NCBI GenBank assembly: GCA_027021705.1
Contig: JALUTT010000055.1
Coordinates: 1-48,074 of the forward strand
Length of the DNA: 48,074 nucleotides
Direction of reading: 5' to 3'
Source: Anaerolineae bacterium
Lineage (GTDB): Bacteria; Chloroflexota; Anaerolineae; S140-20
The notes below the pieces were generated by a model, which saw only the letters and a list, made by a program, of their open reading frames with translations, ran no database searches and was not told where the DNA came from. Within the stretch, counting starts at the first letter, position 1, and the number at the start of each line of letters is the position of its first letter. A program made the position numbers and the translations under genes. Below, one piece after another: positions 1-10,348 of the stretch.

Positions 1-137
1 AGTGCCCGCTGGAGTTGGCCGGCTACGACATCAGCCAGGTGCCGATGGCTTCCCTTTGCGCCGGCCTGAGCGTTGTCTGGCCTTTGGAGGCAACTCAGAA
101 TGATGTCCCAAACTCGTGACGGTCGCGCCCTCCCCTG

Positions 138-165
138 TTGCAGTGCCCCAGCCTTGTGGTATAAT
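138..165 (+). promoter_or_regulatory. sigma70-like promoter upstream of the ABC-F gene
   Basis: TTGCAG (138-143), 16 nt, then TATAAT (160-165) with an extended -10 TG at 157-158; AAGGAGG RBS before ATG 189. Confidence 0.55.
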
Positions 166-188
166 CTCCCCCACAAGGAGGTTCCCCG

Positions 189-2075
189 ATGTCGCTGGTC
201 ACGGCCCACAACCTGGCCATCGCCTACGGCGCTCAGGACGTCTTCGCCGGCGTCCGTTTCGAGATCCCCCACCAGGCCCGCATCGCCCTCATCGGCCCCA
301 ACGGGAGCGGGAAGACGAGCCTGCTCCGGCTGATCGCCGGCCTGGAGCAGCCCACCGAAGGCCGGCTCACCCAGGCGCGGGGGCTCGCCGTCGGCTACCT
401 GCCCCAGGACCCCGATCTCACCGGGCAGCGGACCCTCTTCGAGGAGATGCGGGCCGTCTTCGCCTCCCTGGAGGCCCAAGCTGCCGAGCTGCGCCGCCTC
501 GAAGCGGCGATGGCCGACCCCGCCACCCGCGACGAGGCCCTGGCCCGCTACGGCCCCCTGCTGGAGGCCTTCGAGGCGGCCGGCGGCTACACCTACGAAC
601 ACCGCATCCGCCGCGTCCTCGCCGGCCTCGGCTTCACCGACGCGGACCTCCACCGCCCGTTGGACCAGTTCAGCGGCGGCCAGAAGACCCGTGTCCTCCT
701 GGCCCGCCTGCTCCTCCAGGACCCCGATTTGCTCCTGTTGGATGAGCCCACCAACCATCTGGACGTGGAGGCGATGGAGTGGCTGGAGGGCTATCTGAAC
801 GACTGGCCCGGTGCCCTCGTCGTCGTTGCCCACGATCGGGCTTTCCTCGACGCTGTGGCCCATCAGGTCTGGGAGCTCTTCGATGGCCGGCTGGAGGTCT
901 ACCCCGGCAACTACAGCCACTACCGGACGCTCCGGGCTGAGCGGATCGCCCGCCGCCAGGCCGAGTACGAGCGCCAGCAGGCGTTCATCGCCAAGACCGA
1001 GGAGTTCATCCGTCGCCACATCGCCGGCCAGCGCACCAAGGAGGCCCAGGGCCGGCGCAAGCGGTTGGAGCGGATGGTTCGGCTGGAGAAGCCCCGCGAG
1101 TACCGCCCCCCGCGCCTGACCCTCAAGAGCGCCGGGCGGAGCGGCAACCTGGTCCTGGGCTTCTACCACCTGGCCGTCGGCTACGATCCGGCCCGCCCCC
1201 TCTTCACCTGCGACGAGGTGGAGCTGCGCTGGCGGCAGCGGGTCGCCCTCATCGGCCCCAACGGGTCGGGAAAGACCACGCTGCTGCGCACCATCCTGGG
1301 GCAGGTCCCTCCTCTGGCCGGGCGGGTCCGCATCGGGGCCAGCGTTCGGATCGGCTACTTCGCCCAGGCCCACGAGGGGCTGGAGCCCTCCCGGACGGTC
1401 CTCGACCACGTCCTGGAGGCCGGAGACCTGACCGTGAGCCAGGCCCGCCACTTCCTGGGCCGCTACCACTTCTCCGGCGATGCCGTCTTCAAGCGGGTGG
1501 GTGACCTGAGCGGCGGCGAGCGGGCCCGCGTCGCCCTGGCCCTCCTGGCCCTCCAGGGGGCCAACCTGCTCCTGCTGGACGAGCCCACCAACCACCTGGA
1601 CATCCCCTCCCAGGAGGTGCTCCAGGCGGTCCTGGACGCCTTCGAGGGCACGCTGCTGCTGGTGACCCACGACCGCTACCTGATCCAGGCCCTGGCGGGG
1701 CAGGTGTGGGCCATCGAGGATGGGCGGCTCTGGGTCTTCGAGGAGGGGTACGCCCAGTACCGGGCCTGGCAGGCGGCCCGGCGGTCCGACGGGGGGTCCG
1801 AAGGGCGGGCATCGTCGTCCGCGCGGCAGGACGAGGCCCGGCGGGCAGCCCGCCAAGCGGAGCGGGAGGCCCGTCGGCGGGCGGAGCGTCAAGCCGAACT
1901 GGAGAGCCTCATCGCCCACCTGGAGGCGCGGCTGGCCGACCTGAGCGGCGACCTGGAGCGGGCGGGCCGGGCCGGCGACGTGGAGCGGGTGCGCCGGCTG
2001 GGGGCCGACTACGCTCGGCTGGAGGCAGAGCTGGAGGCCCGGCTGGCCGAGTGGGCGGAGGTGGCCGATGGGTGA
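189..2075 (+). CDS. ABC-F family ATP-binding protein (Uup/YdiF-like)
   Basis: Two ABC domains (GPNGSGKT twice, FSGGQ/LSGGE, LLLDEPTNHLD twice), no TM segments, C-terminal coiled coil. Confidence 0.93.
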   Translation: MSLVTAHNLAIAYGAQDVFAGVRFEIPHQARIALIGPNGSGKTSLLRLIAGLEQPTEGRLTQARGLAVGYLPQDPDLTGQRTLFEEMRAVFASLEAQAAELRRLEAAMADPATRDEALARYGPLLEAFEAAGGYTYEHRIRRVLAGLGFTDADLHRPLDQFSGGQKTRVLLARLLLQDPDLLLLDEPTNHLDVEAMEWLEGYLNDWPGALVVVAHDRAFLDAVAHQVWELFDGRLEVYPGNYSHYRTLRAERIARRQAEYERQQAFIAKTEEFIRRHIAGQRTKEAQGRRKRLERMVRLEKPREYRPPRLTLKSAGRSGNLVLGFYHLAVGYDPARPLFTCDEVELRWRQRVALIGPNGSGKTTLLRTILGQVPPLAGRVRIGASVRIGYFAQAHEGLEPSRTVLDHVLEAGDLTVSQARHFLGRYHFSGDAVFKRVGDLSGGERARVALALLALQGANLLLLDEPTNHLDIPSQEVLQAVLDAFEGTLLLVTHDRYLIQALAGQVWAIEDGRLWVFEEGYAQYRAWQAARRSDGGSEGRASSSARQDEARRAARQAEREARRRAERQAELESLIAHLEARLADLSGDLERAGRAGDVERVRRLGADYARLEAELEARLAEWAEVADG

Positions 2076-2697
2076 AGCGCCGACGGAGGACCGGGGGAGG
2101 CAACGGCCCTACCTCATCGGCCTGACCGGCAACATCGCCACGGGCAAATCCACCGTCGCCCGGATGCTGGCGGAGCAGGGCGCGACGGTGATAGATGCCG
2201 ACCGGCTGGCCCACCGGGCGATGCGCCGGGGCACACCGGTCTACCGGCGCATCGTCGAGACCTTCGGCGAGGAAATCCTGGCCTCCGACGGGGAGGTGGA
2301 CCGGGCCAAGCTGGGGCGGATCGTCTTCGCCGACCCGGAGGCGCTGCGCCGGCTGGAGGCCATCGTCCACCCGGCCGTCATCGCCGAGGTCGCCCGGCGC
2401 ATCGCCCAGGCCGACGGGGCCATCGTCGTCGTCGAGGCGATCAAGCTCATCGAGGCGGGGATGCACCGGGACCTGGACGCCCTCTGGGTGACCACCTGCC
2501 CCCGTGAGGAGCAGATCCGGCGGCTGATGGTGGAGCGGGGGATGAGCCGGGCCGAGGCGGAGCGCCGGGTGGATGCCCAGCCGCCCCAGGAGGAGAAGGT
2601 GGCCCTGGCCGACCGGGTCATTGACACCTCCGGCAGCCTGGAGGAGACCCGCCGCCAGGTCCTCGAAGCGCTCTATGCCCTTCCATCGGGCGGATAG
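2068..2697 (+). CDS. coaE: dephospho-CoA kinase
   Basis: IGLTGNIATGKSTV P-loop, IDAD, DRAKLG, LEAIVHP motifs. Confidence 0.95.
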   Translation: MGEAPTEDRGRQRPYLIGLTGNIATGKSTVARMLAEQGATVIDADRLAHRAMRRGTPVYRRIVETFGEEILASDGEVDRAKLGRIVFADPEALRRLEAIVHPAVIAEVARRIAQADGAIVVVEAIKLIEAGMHRDLDALWVTTCPREEQIRRLMVERGMSRAEAERRVDAQPPQEEKVALADRVIDTSGSLEETRRQVLEALYALPSGG

Positions 2698-2740
2698 CTG
2701 TCAGCGGATTTGAGGACGGATTGAGCGGATGGGAGACGAC
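2691..2740 (-). repeat. dispersed ATCCG-rich repeat (family A), inverted copy
   Basis: Reverse complement reads CCATCCGCTCAATCCGTCCTCAAATCCGCTGACAGCTATCCG, near-identical to 24209-24250 and 41631-41671; overlaps the coaE stop codon. Confidence 0.85.
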
Positions 2741-2744
2741 TACT

Positions 2745-2793
2745 CCCTCCCGCAGGTTAGGCGCGTTCGGTGACCTGCGGGAGGGTAGGCTGA
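2745..2793. repeat. REP-like palindrome (family B)
   Basis: CCCTCCCGCAGGT (2745-2757) / ACCTGCGGGAGGG (2773-2785); the arm recurs at 5116-5137 and 5205-5220. Confidence 0.75.
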
Positions 2794-2899
2794 ACACTGG
2801 ATGTGCTTCGGGCGTACCGGCGCGGTCCATCGGTCTGCGGAGGGGCAGGTAGGTCTGTTGTGTCGCTGTTGTCAATCCACGGGAATGGAGTGAGGCGGA

Positions 2900-3394
2900 A
2901 TGATGAACTATCGGGTACGACGAGCTAGACCATCGGATGCAGGGGCCATCGCCCGTTTCGTCGCCGAGGCGACCCACGGGCGGGTGAACCCGGATCGAGG
3001 GAGGGTGTTGGACCGGTTGGGGAGCAAGGGGCTGTGGCTGGTGGAAGGCGAGGAAGGGATCGTGGGGCTGGCCGGCTGGCGGACGGAGAACCTGGTGGCC
3101 CGCATTGACGACTTCCTCGTCCACCCGCCGGCGCTCCGGGAGACGGCCGGCGCGGCCCTCCTGGAGGCCATCGAGGAGGCAGCCCGGGAGCTTCAGTGCG
3201 AGGTGGCGATGATCTACGTCCCGCCCGGCGTCGCGCCGGGGCTCCGGGCCTTCTGGGAGCGCCAGGGCTACCACGAGGGGGATCTCTCCCGCGCTCCCAA
3301 ACCCTGGCAGGAAGCGGCCGGGGAGGCCCTTCAGCAGGGCCGTTCCATCCTCTTCAAGCAGTTGCGTGAGGACCTGGTGATGCGCCCCCTCTGA
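2900..3394 (+). CDS. GNAT family N-acetyltransferase-like protein
   Basis: VRRARPSD start, IDDFLVHP..R..GAALLEAIEEAARELQC motif A, FWERQGY motif. Confidence 0.75.
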   Translation: MMNYRVRRARPSDAGAIARFVAEATHGRVNPDRGRVLDRLGSKGLWLVEGEEGIVGLAGWRTENLVARIDDFLVHPPALRETAGAALLEAIEEAARELQCEVAMIYVPPGVAPGLRAFWERQGYHEGDLSRAPKPWQEAAGEALQQGRSILFKQLREDLVMRPL

Positions 3395-3421
3395 GGGCGC
3401 TCTTGAGGGAAGGAGTTGCCT

Positions 3422-3640
3422 ATGACCCAGATTCGGCTTTTCGCCGAGCGTCATCCCCGTCTCACCGCCTGGATCGTGCTGGCGGTGGGGATGGTGGCCA
3501 TTCTCCTCTGGTCGGCCCGCGATGTGGGGCTCCTGCCGGCCCAGATGCTCGCGTTGGTCATCGCCACCATCCTGGTCGCCGGCCTCTGCGTCTGGATCAT
3601 CAGCTGGGAGGAAGATGAGGAGGAGACGGCGGAGGAGTAG
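3422..3640 (+). CDS. small two-TM membrane protein with acidic tail
   Basis: AAGGAG RBS, two hydrophobic helices, WEEDEEETAEE tail. Confidence 0.7.
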   Translation: MTQIRLFAERHPRLTAWIVLAVGMVAILLWSARDVGLLPAQMLALVIATILVAGLCVWIISWEEDEEETAEE

Positions 3641-3670
3641 GGAGGACAGCCCTGTCCTGTGACGACGCCG

Positions 3671-4933
3671 CTACCCCCGCCGCAGGGCGGCCAGCAGCCC
3701 CAGCCCGATGGCCACCACCTGCAGGACGGCCCAGACAGGGATGGCGAGGGCGGATAGCCGCTTGAGCAGCGACGGCGAGGGTGCCGTTCCCAAGGGCAGG
3801 AGCGTCGGCACCGGCGATGGAGCCGGTTGAGGAGAGGGTGGCGGGGTGGGGGGCCGAGGAGAGGGGGAGGCCACGGCGACGACCGCCGGGGCGGTCGGCG
3901 AGGGAGCGGGCGATGGGGTGGGAGAAGGGCTGGGCGGCGGTGAGGCCGTCGCCGTCGCTGTCGGCGGCGGTAGGGGAGAGGGTGGAGGCGTTGCCGTGGG
4001 CGAGGGCGAAGGGGGAGGGGTTGCCGTCGCCGTCGGTGTAGGGGTGTCCGTGGGCGGTACGGTGGGCGAGGGGATGGTCTCGCCGATGGGCGTCGGTGAG
4101 GGCTGGGCGGGCGTCGTCGGTGCGGGGGAGGGCGTCGCCGCCGCTTTCGCGCCCTCCTCTGTCAGCGTGATCGTCGCCCAGGTCAGGGAGGTCCGCCCCT
4201 GGGCATCCAGCAGTTGGACGTAGACCGTCTGGGGGCCGGCGACCGGCTCCAGCGTGAAAGGCACCCGGGTTGCCCAGGGCTGCCACTCGGCGTTGGGGAA
4301 GTCCGGCTGGGTGCTGGCCCGCATCTGGATCGGCTGTCCGATGGCCAGCCCATCCCCCTGGGGGGCGATCTTCTCCTCCGTCAGCGTCAGCGTCACCTGG
4401 GGGCTGTCGGTGATGCCGGCCCCGTCGTTGATGAAGACGGGCAGCACGTTGGGCTGGGCCCCGAAGGTGAGCGTCCAGTAGGTCCAGCCGTTGCTCCCCA
4501 CAGCCACCCCGATGCCGATCTCTCGGTACTTCTCGTGCAGGATGTTGGCCCGGTGCACCGAGGAGTTCATCCACCAGGTGAAAGGGACGTCCGGGCCGCC
4601 GACCCCGCCGTAGATGTTCTCCCCGACCACCGGGCCGAAGGTGTAGACGCCGTAGCCGGCCTCCAGGATGCGGCTTACGGCGCTGGAGTCGTCGGAGCCG
4701 GTGTGGTCTACGAAGTTGTAGGTTGCCATATCCTCGGCGTGGCGCTGGGCTGCCCGGGTCAACGCCTCGTTCAGCGCATAGGGTGGCAGCCCCTGGCTCA
4801 CCCGGGCCTGGTTGATCATCCCCAGCAGCGTCGTGATCGGGTCCTGGGCCTGGACCGGCCGGGCCAAGAACGCCGCCGCCAGCAGGCTCCCTAACACCAC
4901 CACCCCCCCCATCCATCGCCGCAGGGTCATCAT
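3671..4933 (-). CDS. secreted CAP (SCP/PR-1) domain protein with Pro/Thr-rich linker and C-terminal TM anchor
   Basis: Signal peptide; [40 protein letters not shown] motifs; PT-rich linker. Confidence 0.85.
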   Translation of the reverse strand: MMTLRRWMGGVVVLGSLLAAAFLARPVQAQDPITTLLGMINQARVSQGLPPYALNEALTRAAQRHAEDMATYNFVDHTGSDDSSAVSRILEAGYGVYTFGPVVGENIYGGVGGPDVPFTWWMNSSVHRANILHEKYREIGIGVAVGSNGWTYWTLTFGAQPNVLPVFINDGAGITDSPQVTLTLTEEKIAPQGDGLAIGQPIQMRASTQPDFPNAEWQPWATRVPFTLEPVAGPQTVYVQLLDAQGRTSLTWATITLTEEGAKAAATPSPAPTTPAQPSPTPIGETIPSPTVPPTDTPTPTATATPPPSPSPTATPPPSPLPPPTATATASPPPSPSPTPSPAPSPTAPAVVAVASPSPRPPTPPPSPQPAPSPVPTLLPLGTAPSPSLLKRLSALAIPVWAVLQVVAIGLGLLAALRRG

Positions 4934-5035
4934 CCCTCCTTAGCTACACCGCTATGCCGCTACGCCACTATGCCGCTATTATCCCCAAAACCGCCCTCCT
5001 GTCAAGCTGCCCTGGGCCTCCGAAACTACCCCCCC

Positions 5036-5064
5036 TTGCCCTCCTCGCCTGCTTAAGGTACAAT
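5036..5064 (+). promoter_or_regulatory. sigma70-like promoter for the 5266 gene (divergent promoter region)
   Basis: TTGCCC-17 nt-TACAAT; a divergent TTGACA-16 nt-GATAAT lies on the minus strand at 5005-4978. Confidence 0.45.
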
Positions 5065-5115
5065 CCCCTTACCAAACCCACATATGCTCTGGGGAACGCG
5101 CCAGGCAGGTATCTA

Positions 5116-5220
5116 TCAGCCTACCCTCCTGCAGGTCGCCGGTCGAGGGCGTTTTCAGCCTCGACGGGCTATTTGAAACACGGTCTCGCGTCGGAAACAC
5201 ACTTAACCTGCGGGAGGGTG
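5116..5220. repeat. REP doublet (family B)
   Basis: TCAGCCTACCCTCCTGCAGGTC ... AACCTGCGGGAGGGTG inverted arms; left arm matches the reverse complement of 2772-2793 at 21/22. Confidence 0.75.
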
Positions 5221-5265
5221 AACAGTTACCCAGGCAGCACGTAGCACGCAGTACGAGGAACGCCT

Positions 5266-7332
5266 ATGTCGAAGCGAAAAACCCTGGTTCTCCTGACGTT
5301 GTGGTTGTTGGTCACGTTGAGCTGTCGAATGGTTACGGAAGTGCAGACCCCGCTGCCCCCTCCCACAGCGGCCCGGCCCGTCGAGCAGACCCCTTCCCGT
5401 CCGGGTGATCTCCAGCCCGGGCTCACCCCATCGTCGGAGGAGGGTACACCGTCGCCAGGGGTGACCGCCACCGCGCTACCCACGGAGCCGCCACCCACCT
5501 TGCCCCCCGACGTCTCCATCCCCCGTGATCCGGTGCAGCCGGCCGACTGGGAGACCGTGGCCGCCCTGGACCAGGCCGAAATCCCTATGCGTGACCTTCT
5601 GGAACTGGCCATCCGTCTCCAGGGGCTGGACCCCAACACGCCGCGCGTGGTCAACACCACGCCCACCGACTACCCCGTGGGGACCCGGCGCACCTTCCGC
5701 GTCTCCAATCAGGACACTTTCGAGACCCGCACCATCACCGCCGAGTTGGTCTACAAGACCGACCACCTCTACATGTGGGTCGAGGAGGGCGTCGAGGTGG
5801 ATGAGCGCCGGCTGGCCCGGGCCGCGGACACCTTCGAGCAGCGCATCTACCCCGTCGAGCACGAGTTCTTCGGCAGCGAGTGGTCGCCGGGCGTAGACGG
5901 TGATCCCCACCTGAGCGTGCTCCACGCCCGCGACCTGGGGAGCTGGGTGGCCGGCTACTACTCCAGCGCCGACGAGTTCCCCGACGAGGTCCACGCCGAC
6001 TCCAACGAAATGGAAATGTTCTACATCAACGCCGATAATATGGAAGTCGGCTCTGACTTCTACCTGGGCACCCTTGCCCATGAGTTCCAGCACATGATCC
6101 ACTGGTACAACGACCGCAACGAGGACACCTGGATCAACGAGGGCTTCTCGGAGCTGGCCTCCTACCTGACGGGCTTCGACCCTGGTGGGAGCGAATACAC
6201 CTTTGCCCTAAACCCTGACACCCAGCTCAACACCTGGTCCGACGACGAAACCCGCTCGGCTCACTACGGCGCGGCCTATCTCTTCACCGCCTATTTCCTG
6301 GACCGCTTCGGTGAGGAGGCAACTCGCGCCCTCGTCGCCCATCCCGAGAACGGCATCGCGGCGGTGGACGCCGTCCTGGCCGAATTGGGCACCGGCATCA
6401 CCTTCGAGGACCTCTTCGCCGACTGGGTGGTGGCTAACTACCTGGATGATCCCCGCCTGGGTGAGGGCCGCTTTGGCTACGAAGAGATTGATCCCCCCGG
6501 CTTCTGGGCCGAGGAGAGCTACGACCGCTATCCGGTGGAACAGACTAGCGACGTGGCCCAGTATGCCACCGACTACATCGAGCTAGAGGGAGATCGGGAC
6601 CTGGTGGTAGAGTTCATCGGAGCCACCCGCACCCGGCTGGTTAACACCGATCCCCACAGCGGTGACTACTTCTGGTACTCCAACCGGGGGGACGATGCCG
6701 ATATGCGGCTTACCCGGGCCTTCGACCTCACCGGTCTGGAGAAGGCCACCCTCCGTTTCTGGACCTGGTATGACATCGAGGAGGATTGGGACTATGCCTA
6801 CGTGGAGGTCTCCACCGACGGTGGGAAACGCTGGGAGATCCTGCGCGGCCCCTCCAGCACCGATACGAACCCCAACGGCAACAGCTTCGGCTGGGCCTAC
6901 ACCGGCAAGAGCGGCGATGGTCCTGTCTGGATCGAGGAGGTGATTGACCTCTCCCCCTACGCCGGCCAACCCATCCTGCTCCGCTTCGAGTACGTCGAGG
7001 ACGACGCCCTCAACTACCCCGGCTGGGCTATTGACGACATCCAGATCCCAGAGCTGGGCTTCTTCGACGACGTGGAGGGCGGGGAGAACGGCTGGCAGGC
7101 CGAGGGGTTCGTCCGCACCAACAACTTCGTGCCCCAGCGCTACCTGGTCCAGCTCATCACCTTCGGCGACGAGGTCCAGGTACAGCGTCTGCCCCTGAGC
7201 GAGGACCAGAGGGGCCGCTGGGAGGTCCCGCTGGCGAGTGCCCGACTGGACCGGGCGGTGCTGACCATCTCCGGCCTGGCCCCGGTGACGACGGAGCGAG
7301 CGCCCTACTACTACGCCATCCGGGAGCGATGA
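5266..7332 (+). CDS. lipoprotein zinc metallopeptidase with immune inhibitor A-like C-terminal domain
   Basis: TLSC lipobox, PT linker, LAHEFQHMIH (HExxH) plus WINEGFSE, WYDIEEDWDYAYVEVSTDGG InhA-type beta domain. Confidence 0.85.
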   Translation: MSKRKTLVLLTLWLLVTLSCRMVTEVQTPLPPPTAARPVEQTPSRPGDLQPGLTPSSEEGTPSPGVTATALPTEPPPTLPPDVSIPRDPVQPADWETVAALDQAEIPMRDLLELAIRLQGLDPNTPRVVNTTPTDYPVGTRRTFRVSNQDTFETRTITAELVYKTDHLYMWVEEGVEVDERRLARAADTFEQRIYPVEHEFFGSEWSPGVDGDPHLSVLHARDLGSWVAGYYSSADEFPDEVHADSNEMEMFYINADNMEVGSDFYLGTLAHEFQHMIHWYNDRNEDTWINEGFSELASYLTGFDPGGSEYTFALNPDTQLNTWSDDETRSAHYGAAYLFTAYFLDRFGEEATRALVAHPENGIAAVDAVLAELGTGITFEDLFADWVVANYLDDPRLGEGRFGYEEIDPPGFWAEESYDRYPVEQTSDVAQYATDYIELEGDRDLVVEFIGATRTRLVNTDPHSGDYFWYSNRGDDADMRLTRAFDLTGLEKATLRFWTWYDIEEDWDYAYVEVSTDGGKRWEILRGPSSTDTNPNGNSFGWAYTGKSGDGPVWIEEVIDLSPYAGQPILLRFEYVEDDALNYPGWAIDDIQIPELGFFDDVEGGENGWQAEGFVRTNNFVPQRYLVQLITFGDEVQVQRLPLSEDQRGRWEVPLASARLDRAVLTISGLAPVTTERAPYYYAIRER

Positions 7333-8477
7333 GCGAGCCACTGACCCTGCTCCTGCTGGACGTAGATGGGGTGCTGATCCACGATGGGGGCTACCGGGCC
7401 GGCGTCACGGCCACGGTGGACCACTTCGCCGCCCAGATGGGGCTGCGGGGGATGGCCCCCACCGAGGCCGAGGTGGACGCCTTCCACGCGGCCGGCTTCA
7501 CCAACGAGTGGGACCTCTGCGCCTACGTGGTGGGGGTGCTGCGGCTGATGGTGGCGCAGGGAAAGGGGGGGGAGCGGCCCGACTACCGAAGCTGGGTAGA
7601 ACGCAGCCGGGCCTACACCGGTCGCCCGGCCCAGCGGGCTCTGGCCGCCCTGCGGACAGAGTTGCGCCGCCTCGCCCTTCCCGACGGTCGGAAGGAGGCC
7701 CTGGAGCGGGAGTTACGCCTCCTCCTGGCCGATCCCTACGACGTGCCCCGCTCGCCCACCACTCAGGTCTTCCAGGAGTTCGTCCTGGGCTCCCGCCTCT
7801 ACGCTGCCCACTACGGTCTTCCGCCCCGTTTCGAGACCCCGTCCCTCCTGGAGCGGGAGGACCGGCCGGCGCTGACGTCGGCGGGGCGGGCGGCGTTGGA
7901 GCGGCTGGTCGCCGAGGCAGGGGTGCGGGTCTGCGTCTACACCGCCCGGCCCAGCGGGCCGCCGGCCGATGCCGACGGGAGAGCTTCGCCCCTGCCCCCC
8001 GAGGCCGAACTGGGCATCCGCATACTGGGGCTGGAGCGCTATCCCCTCATCGCGATGGGGCGGATGCAGTGGCTGGCCGACCGCCACGGCGAGGCGGTGG
8101 AGGCGTTGACCAAGCCCTCCCCGGTCCAGACGCTGGCGGCGCTGGGCGCAGCGGTGAGCGGGACGGAGGGGCCGGCTCTCGAAGCGGCCTACGCCCTCTA
8201 CCGGGACGGACGGCTCTTGCCCCCTCTGGCCGATCTGGTTGGGCGCTCTGGGCAGCTCTTCATCCTGGAGGACGCCGTGCTGGGGCTCCAGGCCGCTGCC
8301 GGAGCCCTGCGCCTCCTGGAGCGCCACGGCCTCACCCTTCGGATGCGGGCCGTCGGCGTCACCCCGGCCCCCGTCAAGGCCGAGGCCCTGGCCCCCTACT
8401 GTGAAGTCATCGTCCCCGACGTCAACGCCGGCCTGGCCTGGGTGGAGGAAATCGCGGGGACGCCGATTCTTCCGTGA
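7329..8477 (+). CDS. HAD-superfamily hydrolase-like protein
   Basis: LLLDVDGVL motif I, YTARP motif II, KPSP motif III, ED motif IV; ATGA overlap with the upstream gene. Confidence 0.7.
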   Translation: MSEPLTLLLLDVDGVLIHDGGYRAGVTATVDHFAAQMGLRGMAPTEAEVDAFHAAGFTNEWDLCAYVVGVLRLMVAQGKGGERPDYRSWVERSRAYTGRPAQRALAALRTELRRLALPDGRKEALERELRLLLADPYDVPRSPTTQVFQEFVLGSRLYAAHYGLPPRFETPSLLEREDRPALTSAGRAALERLVAEAGVRVCVYTARPSGPPADADGRASPLPPEAELGIRILGLERYPLIAMGRMQWLADRHGEAVEALTKPSPVQTLAALGAAVSGTEGPALEAAYALYRDGRLLPPLADLVGRSGQLFILEDAVLGLQAAAGALRLLERHGLTLRMRAVGVTPAPVKAEALAPYCEVIVPDVNAGLAWVEEIAGTPILP

Positions 8478-8509
8478 TTCGCGTATTCGTGAACTATTCG
8501 TGGATGGCC
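8477..8509. repeat. ATTCGTG-type short repeat unit
   Basis: ATTCGCGTATTCGTGAACTATTCGTGGATGGCC; an inverted homologous copy lies at 26381-26413. Confidence 0.65.
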
Positions 8510-9495
8510 CCCGCCGCCGGCAGCCCGGCCACCGGTCGGGCGGCTCGCACGGCCCGCAGGATGGCCTGGGCAACGACCTCGGCGGCGAAGGCCCCCACGA
8601 TGTTCACGTCGGCCTTCCGCTCCCCGGTGGCCAGGGCGAAGAGGGTGTCGCCGTCGAGCATCGTGTGGGCCGGGCGGATGGTGCGGGCCAGGCCGTCGTG
8701 GGCCATCTGGGCCACCTTGTTGACCTGCTCCTTGTTCAGCCGGGCGTTGGTGGCGACGACGCCGATGACCGTGTGACCCCGGCCGGCGAAGCTCAGCACC
8801 GTCCGACCCACCAGGCTCCTCATCACCTCCAGCGTGTCGGCGAAGTAGCCCGGCGCACCGATGCGCAGCGGCCCCACCCGGGCGGAGCGGGCCCCGGCGA
8901 TGATCTGCCCCGTCGTCGGGTCCATCACGTCGCCGAAGGCGTTGACGGCGACGATGGCCCCCACGACGACGCCGGCGCCGATCTCCATACTGGTGGTGCC
9001 GATGCCCGACTTCATCGCCTGGCCCATCCCCAGGATCTTCCCCACCGTCGCCCCGGTGCCGGCCCCCACGTTCCCCTCGGCCGGCGGCTCCGTGCTGGCG
9101 TTGAGGCAGGCCCGATAGCCCATCGCCGCGTCGGGACGCACGTCGGCACGACCGATCCCCAGGTCGAAGAGGATGGCCGCCGGGACGATGGGGACGCGGG
9201 CGACCCGCACGTCGAAGCCCACGCCCCGCTCCTCCAGGTAGCGGACCACGCCGGAGGCTGCATCTAGCCCAAAGGCGGAGCCCCCGGCCAGCAGGACGGC
9301 GTGCACCCGCTCGACCAGGTGCATCGGGTAGAGGGCGTCGGTCTCGCGGGTGCCGGGAGCGCCCCCCCGCTGGTCCACGCCCCCCACCGCGCCCTTCTCG
9401 CACAGGATGACGGTGCAGCCGGTGAGGGCCTCCTCGTCCTGGGCGTGGCCCACCCGCAGGCCGGCCACATCGGTGATCGCGTTACGATGTCCCAT
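8494..9495 (-). CDS. P1 family (DmpA-like / S58) peptidase
   Basis: ITDVAGLRVGHA, GGAPGTRETD, LAGGSAFGLDAA, AHDGLARTIRPAHTMLDGDTLF; ATG 9495 has a GGAGG RBS. Confidence 0.9.
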   Translation of the reverse strand: MGHRNAITDVAGLRVGHAQDEEALTGCTVILCEKGAVGGVDQRGGAPGTRETDALYPMHLVERVHAVLLAGGSAFGLDAASGVVRYLEERGVGFDVRVARVPIVPAAILFDLGIGRADVRPDAAMGYRACLNASTEPPAEGNVGAGTGATVGKILGMGQAMKSGIGTTSMEIGAGVVVGAIVAVNAFGDVMDPTTGQIIAGARSARVGPLRIGAPGYFADTLEVMRSLVGRTVLSFAGRGHTVIGVVATNARLNKEQVNKVAQMAHDGLARTIRPAHTMLDGDTLFALATGERKADVNIVGAFAAEVVAQAILRAVRAARPVAGLPAAGAIHE

Positions 9496-9557
9496 ATTCC
9501 CTCCACACCTCACGTTTCACGCCCCCCGTTTCACGCCCCACGTTTACGCCTCACGTT

Positions 9558-10334
9558 TCACGTTACGTTCCCCCGATTCATCGCGTAGACCATCCGCAGC
9601 CCGTCCAGCGTGAGCCAGGGGGCGATGATCTGGATCACGGGCGTCTCCTGGGCGATCAGCTCGGCCAGGCCGCCGGTGCCGATCACCCGCATCTCGGGAC
9701 CCAGCTCGGCGCGGAAGCGGGCGACCATCCCCTCCACCAGGGCCACGTATCCGAAGAGGAGGCCGGACTGGATGGCGTGGACGGTGTTGCGCCCGATGGC
9801 GGAGGGGGGGCGGGCGATCTCCACCCGGGGCAGCTTCGCCGTCCGCTGGAAGAGGGCGTCGGCGGCGATGCCGATGCCCGGGGCGATGGCCCCGCCCAGG
9901 TAGTCCCCCTCGGCGGAGAGGGCGTCGAAGGTGGTGGCGGTGCCGAAGTCCACGATGCAGGCGGGGCCGCCGTAGAGGCGGTAGGCGGCGACGGCGTCCA
10001 CGATCCGGTCGGCCCCGACGGCCGTCGGGTCCTCGTAGCGGATGCGCACGCCCGTCTCCACGTGGCCGTCCACCACCAGCGGGTCGCACCCCAGGTAGGT
10101 GCGGCAGACCTCGACCCACTTGCCGGTCAGGGGGGGGACCACGGAGGCGATGGCCACGTCGTCCACAGCGTCGGCGGAGAGGCCGGCCAGGCCCAGCAGC
10201 CCCAGGAGTTGCAGGGCGAACTCGTCGGGCATCCGCTCGTGATCCGTGGCCAGCCGCCAGCGGGGTCCCAGCCTCTCGCCTTCGTAGAGGCCCAGGGTGA
10301 TGTTGGTGTTGCCGATGTCTATGCAGAGCAGCAT
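9558..10334 (-). CDS. coaX: type III pantothenate kinase
   Basis: MLLCIDIGNTNI, ASVVP, GADRIVDA, VDFGTATTFD, GGAIAPG, GTGG; this is the C-terminal part of listed ORF 9558-12083. Confidence 0.95.
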   Translation of the reverse strand: MLLCIDIGNTNITLGLYEGERLGPRWRLATDHERMPDEFALQLLGLLGLAGLSADAVDDVAIASVVPPLTGKWVEVCRTYLGCDPLVVDGHVETGVRIRYEDPTAVGADRIVDAVAAYRLYGGPACIVDFGTATTFDALSAEGDYLGGAIAPGIGIAADALFQRTAKLPRVEIARPPSAIGRNTVHAIQSGLLFGYVALVEGMVARFRAELGPEMRVIGTGGLAELIAQETPVIQIIAPWLTLDGLRMVYAMNRGNVT

Positions 10335-10348
10335 CGCAACGTTCCTCC

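Noticed and set aside
3..119. C-terminal tail of an upstream CDS (CPLELAGYDISQVP...)
   Set aside because: Plausible open frame at the window edge but too short to assign
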